From assembly GCA_965285935.1 (NCBI GenBank), contig OZ260662.1, forward strand, positions 18,724,001 through 18,788,000: a stretch of 64,000 nucleotides of DNA, read 5' to 3'. The stretch is from Ophelia neglecta (Eukaryota). Below, piece after piece: positions 56,721 to 64,000 of the stretch; the first letter of the stretch is position 1; each line of letters begins with the position of its first letter. The translations under genes were made by a program, and so were the position numbers. The notes under the pieces are model-generated. The model worked only from the letters and a program-made list of their open reading frames with translations. It made no database searches and was not told where the DNA came from.

Positions 56721-59700
56721 CTCTCGCGATCTATCTGGCGGTAAAATGACCACAAATTAGTTTTTACGCCCTCCACGACCAAAACAACGTGTCCCGCCAT
56801 GTTTGGTGTTGCATACGTAGTGTGACACTCCACGGCAATGTAGTCAACCATCCAAACACAATAACTGTGAAAATAACCTCGAGCGACTTGGCACCCGCGC
56901 GAGTTAACACCAGTCGGATCAGTCTCCTGACAGCGCCAGAGTTCATACCGTAATGCTACAAATTTTGGAGGTCCGCGTTCGCCGTTCGCGCGTCTGCCGA
57001 TTCAGAACAGCCTATAATATGTTGGCAAAACGAGGTTAATCGACAATTGACCGAGGAACATGTTTGTGCCCAGCTGTCTCATTATGAACCGTATTTACTA
57101 GGAGATAATCGAATTGAGATCTATTTACGTTGGGACAGAGGCCAGGGGGTGAAGTGGAGCGGGGATGTCCCGAAAGGATGCGGTAACCTTGTCAGTGACG
57201 TGCAGGTGTTTACGTTTTAAGGTCGTTACCCCCACTTTTTAATGTCCAAATGGAAATTGATTTGTCCTGTATGATAGACAGTTTCAGATGAATTAGACTA
57301 ATTCATATCCTGTTTTGCAGAAGGTGAATTTGGTTTTGTTCGCAAAAGAAATGATAACCAACTTCCATGGTTCGGAAATCATAGTCAACGATGGGAGCGG
57401 CGCTTGGAGTTTTTGATTACAATTATCAACTATTTATTTGTAACAAAACTTTTCATCTAAATAATTGGAGAAGACGTATAATATACAAATAATTTGCCTC
57501 CGCTGTAGTAGGAGATTCCCAAGTTAATCAAAATAAGTAGAAATCACTATCATCCCACCAGCATTATATCATTCAAATTGTTCAGAAGCAAATTTGAATA
57601 CTTAAATATACAACACGGTGTGTAATGTGCCTCCATGCAATATACATTGGAATGAATATATCATTACCAAACACATGCGTAGCTATGTGCTATCGTTAGA
57701 CTTTGGAAATCTGCGCAAACTGATGGATGTTGTGAGCAGTGTGAACATTTAAATTATCAATCAATATCAAAATAATTTTGACAGCAAGTTGATCATTCAA
57801 AATGGCGGCACATGTTTCCCATTCCAATGAGTTTTCATCACCACGCATATTACTTAGACGATTCGTTATTTAACGATTCATTATTAAAAGCCCATTGCAA
57901 CAATAACAGGCGACATAGCGTGCATCTCCCGGGAAACTCTGTTAAGGGCTGATTAGAGACATATATTCCATTGATAGGCGCTAAGTAGTGTGCTGCCATA
58001 CAGACTTCCCATACAGAGCCAGTTTTGTTAGAGCTTGTTTCAGACACTTTCTTTGTATAGAGCGTGTATATTTCAATTCTTATGACGCAACTAATATGGT
58101 ACCATATGTATCCTTGTTCATTAAAGTATTGTAACCGCACCGGGCGTAATGACTGAAGACTTTAGGTTTGACGGGAGCAATTTATTTTCTGGTCCTCTGG
58201 CCTATTCAAATCCATACAACGAACTCCGTAAAACTGTAATACAGGTGATATACATTAGGGCAATTATACAGTCTACAAACGAGATACAAGAAGACATTAT
58301 GGGCAATCGAATAAATAGTATACACAAACCTCTTTAGCTTCTGGTGGGCTCGGTGCAGCCATCCGTCTGCCACGAGGACGAAGAAAGAACTGGACAGTAC
58401 AAAGGGGACCACGTGACAGGCCGGATAAGGACCACCGCACCCACCAGATGGCCTCACAATCGATTCAAAGCGGCAATTACAAAAACTACTAATACGCTGC
58501 AGCTACAAGTATCAATCATTTTTTTTCAAATATGTACCAGGAATGACAACATCTAAACGATCAACTAATAATAATATGACAAATACATCAGAAACATTCG
58601 CTGAGTCGTTAATATAGAGGAGTGGTAAAGATAATAAGATAGAATCATGAGCTTCACCACATTTAAAACGAGCATAACTGAAAGAGTACCATTATTATCT
58701 AAAAACTGATGTCCTCAAATGACGAACATTTTTCCGCAATTCGAAAGCACCGCATCTCATACTATAGTGTTCAAGTTAAAGAAATAGTGAAATGTGGTTG
58801 AGTTGCTCCAAGGCCTTTGCGAAATCTTCAGGGTGATGCACTGCCACCAGTCCATTGCACAATGCCACTAGTCAAACAGCAAAAAAAAAGCCAACTTTAT
58901 GATATTTTTTCACGAATCTGACATACATTTATATTTTGATGGTTATATACAAATTGATGGTTCAGTATTTTGAGTTGGACGACGCAGCATATACGGAATC
59001 CGATAGGTGGAGCAGAATATTTCATAATCCATTTAAAAATCGTTAAAACTGTAATAACCTAATTTGGAAAAAAAACTTCTTTCTTGATGGAGTTTAATAA
59101 AAATTTAAATGTTCAATTAACGAGGCGATGCTTACCCAACCACTGCCCACGGAATATAACTACTCATCGCCGGTAAATCGCTTCGGTTCGTGAGTGCAAG
59201 GTCCTTTTTTACATATAAAAAAATCCCCTTGCCTGTACTTGCTGCTTTCCGATGCTTTCGGACAATCTTATGACTGCTTTGTTTGCCAGAACTGTTTATT
59301 TCTTGATACAATCGAGAAATGTTGTTTTATCCCCTCAACACATATTTTGATGCAAAATGATATATTTCATTAAAGGATGATCTATTTATGGTATTGCAGT
59401 TGTGTCTAGTGGGCTAGGATAGGGTTATTCTTTTTTCTCTCACAGCGCAGCGCCAAACATCGTACCGCCGGAAAGAGGTAGCACAATTTTTGCCCGATTA
59501 TGATTATCATGCGAATTGATCGGATTTAGGAGACTAGGTTGGCGGAGCGCACCTTGTATCTAGCAGATATAAATCTACACGTAAACACCAGTAAAGGCAC
59601 TGCCTACCATTGTTCGATCATCAAAAAGACTATCACAGAATAAAGACATAATGTTGCTGTGCTATTGTGCCTTTAATCATGCTGTTCGCTGCCATTGTGG

Positions 59701-61814
59701 TGATAAGAAACAGATGACAGCGGATAGAGTCATGCTTTGCAGCCCGATATACATTGTCTTCCACAGAAGAATATAAATATTGCTTTAAGTTAAGCAGCTT
59801 ATATCACCAAGACACCAAAATCCTTTAGAGGGGTTTTTCAATTGGTACCAAATAAGTAATAGTTTGTAATTGGAGTCATGATATAAGCGGATTTATTATG
59901 TATACTTTGCTTTAGTTTAAAGTACAAATGCCGGTTTTACACTAGCCTAAAGGTGTATGGGATAGCCACAAGAAAAAAAAAATTTAACGTATGTGTTTAC
60001 ATAGGCTGCCTATATAGTTGACGAATGGACCATGTGAGCGTGTGTATGCATATCAACACCTTCTGAAACAATTGACACTTACTTTGGTCGAACAGAGTGT
60101 GACGTATAGATGCCCATAAACGGTACAAGGGCGATAATTATATGGTGGTTATTTAATTTAACAAATCATTAGATGTTACGATTGGAATTTTTTTACTATT
60201 GTACAGCATGGTGTCTGGTTATCACGGGAAAACAATTTCCACGTGACATCTAGCTGTGCCGAGGGGCACGTGATAAACCACCCCACCTCCCAGTGCTTTT
60301 TAATGATCGATTGCTAAATCAATTACGATGAGAATGGGGACCATACTTTTTCAGTCGGGATAAATGTCGTGCTGGGAAACAGAGTGATGTTGTAGTTTGC
60401 GGCCTTCGAATATTGTGCATTTTGTCGGAAATGACACGCAGCATCTCGCAAGTAATGTATCTACTTCCAGGTCAAAAACAAGTTAGAGGAGACATTATAG
60501 GCATCAGACAATGATCAATCGGTTCCAGCGGTATATATTATACCCTGGACAGATAATTAACCCCAAGACACTTAATACATATCTATCATTCCACCGAGCC
60601 CAAGGGACAAGTGTAATTATATGTTAAGCTTCTGCTCATGGTCAGTTTTCTGGCTCCATTTTACAACCAAGACGACATATGCCATCGTAACACTTACACC
60701 TCTTATACTATTCAGTCTTTCCTCTCGGATATGGCGCCCAGCGTGTACATAATCTTAATAAATTGTAACCTGCAAGAATATCCCAGATGGTTATTCAAAA
60801 CGGAAATTAATTGCATATCAATTTTTTTTTATTAGTTGAACTTGGTTATGTTTTTGCTATTCTACACACCTTTGTAGTATGTAAGTAGTGTATGTGGATG
60901 AATTCAGTAGAAATAGTACTCTTATTGGGGCATAAATCGTCTATCCTCTATCTACAGCTAATGGTTATATGAGCCTTCTTCTGCTGTTCGATGTTGATTT
61001 ATTTCGTCTTCAAAACCCAATAAGTATTTAAGTACGATTTATTATAGACAATAATATTTACCTTAAGTGTTGTGGCTTGTGTCGTTTTGGTGCAGTATAC
61101 TTCTTTCGTTTGTACAGCGTTTCAGCTCCCAATCATAATAGGACGCTTGACAGCATGTAGCGCGACTGCACGGATGTGTTTGTTATGAACAGGCCCGGCT
61201 ATTCTATTGTCTTATTCGTCAATGCCTATATAACTAACCTTTTGAACATAGTGTCAAAGGGATTCAAATTTGTGTCTCTAAAAAGGACAGATAACAACAT
61301 CTGTGTGCATATAAAAACTAGATTTCCCCTTCTAGGAAGTAAGAATTGCCAACTAAAATATTTTTAATAAAAAGAAATGCATCAGGGTATAATCGAACGT
61401 TGTATTATTTTGTTGTATGCTATCATTTAGAAAGATTCGTTCTTCTCTTTCCAGTAATCTGTGTGAAAAAATTCTGTTCGCCGGTAAATTTACGATAAAG
61501 ATAACTATTCATTCATAATCAAGTTGGTTTTAATATATATAAGAGCATGTATCTATGAAGGACCTATCAAACTGGTTTTGTCCTACGAAACAGAAACTTA
61601 CAGTGTGACTAAAGGCCCATTAGAACAATGAAACTTTGATTGATTATAGTTTGTCAAATAAGTAGATATTGGGTAATTCAGATATAAGGGTGGTAATTCC
61701 ACTATATAGGAATATAGGCAACATATAGTACATGCTTTTACATTCGTGCCATATTTTGCAACATTTGTGAATATAAGCATGCATATTTCAAACCTAATAC
61801 TGTAAATGTATTTA

Positions 61815-61878
61815 TGTTTCTTTATTTGCGTTTCAGGTAAGTTGATCATTTTTGAAAATTATCCGCTAGTAGGTGAGT
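61815..61878 (+). other. Recursive splice site (AG at 61835-61836) with 36-nt RS-exon 61837-61872
   Basis: tttctttatttgcgtttCAG|GTAAGT, then AG|GTGAGTAG at 61873. The RS-exon has stops in two of three frames. Confidence 0.7.
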
Positions 61879-64000
61879 AGAAAAATAAAAAATATTGGTA
61901 AGTAGTTATGTTACTGTTCTTTCTTAGGATTTTGTAAATCTGGAGTAGTATAGACGATAAAGAAGTAGTTGAATACGCTGTTGGTTCATTCCGAATAACA
62001 GCGTCACTGTAATGTAGTTCGATAAACGATTACTCTGCAAGTCTGAGTCTTCATTTTACTACTTCAGTAAAGTCCTTCATGGCAAAATATTGCATTCGAC
62101 GATTTTCCCCTAGTGCTACTGGTGCCGTTCGTTGCAATGTTCTCTTAGGAGGACAAAACCTGGTTGTCCAAGGAAATATTGCTAGCTTGTTGTTTTCAGT
62201 AGTGAGCATACCAAACAAAAAACCTATTCACTACTGGAGAACTACAAGCCATGCCCCTCATGAACCGGAAATCAACACTCTACAGCAGGCAATCTAAGTT
62301 TGATATTTAAATTGATTACTTTCGGAGTGAAATTGGATTCGTGGCGGAAGCGTTTGACAGACGAAGCGCACCATTCAGGATATTAAAGCTCACCTGAGGG
62401 TCCCTTTTATCTCAACTTTGCTATACGAATTATATAAAGACTCGATGTTGACTACTTGAGGTTGATTTTCTTAGTCAAAGGGGCTTGCTTTCTTGTAAAG
62501 TTGAAATCTCTTGTTTACAGCAGTTGTATTTTATAAAAGAGTGAAAGGGTTTTTTTTAACTCTTATTCTGTTATTTACTGTCTATTCCGTGTGCAAACCC
62601 GGGTATTTCTTGTCCATTTCTTTGTGTCAGAATGAACTGTTTTCAAACTTGCTCGTTTATTAAGTGCCGATAAACTATTTCAATAATATATACAATACTA
62701 TAAGTAATGTATTATGATATTCTGCTTACTAATAAGACAGAGCGATGGGTGGAAACATCCCTGTAGACTACGGTTTCGTAAATAGGAAATTTTTTACCCC
62801 TGGTATATGAAAATGCTGGTACTTTACATTAAAAGTAAGTCGGGTTAGTAATAGCTTGTGGCTTATGTTGTGCTTGTCTTTCTGGAAAAGGACAAATGGC
62901 GCACTATCGTTGATAAATCCAGGCACGTTTGTTTCAAAGAGCTGTGTCTCTTCTATTGTTGAGCGGATCACGTTAAAGATAGTGAGGTATTTAGAAACAT
63001 AAGAATATAGGCCAGCGCAATGAGATGTTTGGAAAATATACGTATTGTAATATGATATAAGATAACAGGATTGCAGAATCAACCGTATATCATTAGAGTC
63101 AGAACAAATAAACCTAGTGCATTTAATAGGCTTTGAAATATTTTTTATATACAAGTCCATGGGTGACTAACATAATATACCAATGCGTTATGTGTGAGAT
63201 CATGCTTAGAATAGAATGCGTGTCTGATCTAAGTCAGTTATTGCTTATTCTACGGCGCCGCTGACGTCAATAGGGGCGTATATTCAGTAGTTTCTATTTG
63301 AAGTCGTCTCGCAACCTGAAACCTCAAGGACAGGAGTTAATGCAGGTTATATTGCGAAATGGTGACGTACGGGAAACAGCAATGGTTCGCTAATACAAGG
63401 GATTTATCAGCGTGGATCCGTATGTCAGCTCAATTACCTATTTATGGGGTTTGGTGGTATGAATAGATATAGTGTTAATAGGCAAAAGACAATGCGAGCT
63501 AATGTCTAAGATGTGAATAAAGTCTATATTTGGTTGCAATACTCTTTTTTTATTGAAAAGCGTTTCTATATCAGGAGAGTGTAAATAAAGCATATTATTG
63601 TTGTAAATAACCCCTGGGAATATTCCTACTAAATACCTATACATTACTGTAAACATTTTTAGTAACATGGAGGCTGTCATTAATGGGAATCAATCACATT
63701 TAAAATTTACATAGCTAAAGCATCCGATTTTATTATGCGGATCGAAAGGCATTCATTACTAGCAACTAAATTGTCGTAGAGTACTGATAAACATAAGCTT
63801 TGGGCTTTAAGAGTCGTCTGTGATCTCCATTAAAGTTGGAAGTTTATTGTATGTGATTCCATGTTCGCGTCACCGTCTAGGTGCTATTTTTACCTAAATC
63901 GGAGATGAATTCCTTTTGATTTCAGCCTAATGTTTACCGATCTGTTAACAGTTTTAATGTGAGTAGTATATAGTAGATCGTAATGTTTCGCATTTGTCTA

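Noticed and set aside
58338-58510. GC-richer stretch after ctctttag with open frames
   Set aside because: No good donor and no recognisable protein.
1-64000. Remaining 60-140 aa ORFs; CRISPR, tRNA, rRNA, operon searches
   Set aside because: ORFs show random AT-rich composition without motifs. No regularly spaced repeat-spacer array or structural RNA gene was seen.

Overview
AT-rich, gene-poor eukaryotic DNA, most likely a marine invertebrate animal (judged from decayed CR1/L2, L1/Tx1 and Penelope retroelements and PIF/Harbinger-like MITEs). There are no prokaryotic genes, operons or CRISPR arrays. Most listed ORFs look like noise or retroelement debris. The main signal is splice-level. The window appears to lie in the 5' region of one very long + strand gene whose common downstream exons I could not locate. 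It holds a tandemly duplicated promoter/first-exon cassette (~9.65-10.6 kb and ~12.8-13.6 kb) whose peptides are conserved at codon level, and further short ATG-containing exons that also end in intron phase 2. It also holds two recursive-splice-type sites about 35 kb apart (26420 and 61836). Each is polypyrimidine-TTTCAG|GTAAGT followed by a short RS-exon ending in the same AG|GTGAGTAG donor. The host gene cannot be named from the sequence alone.
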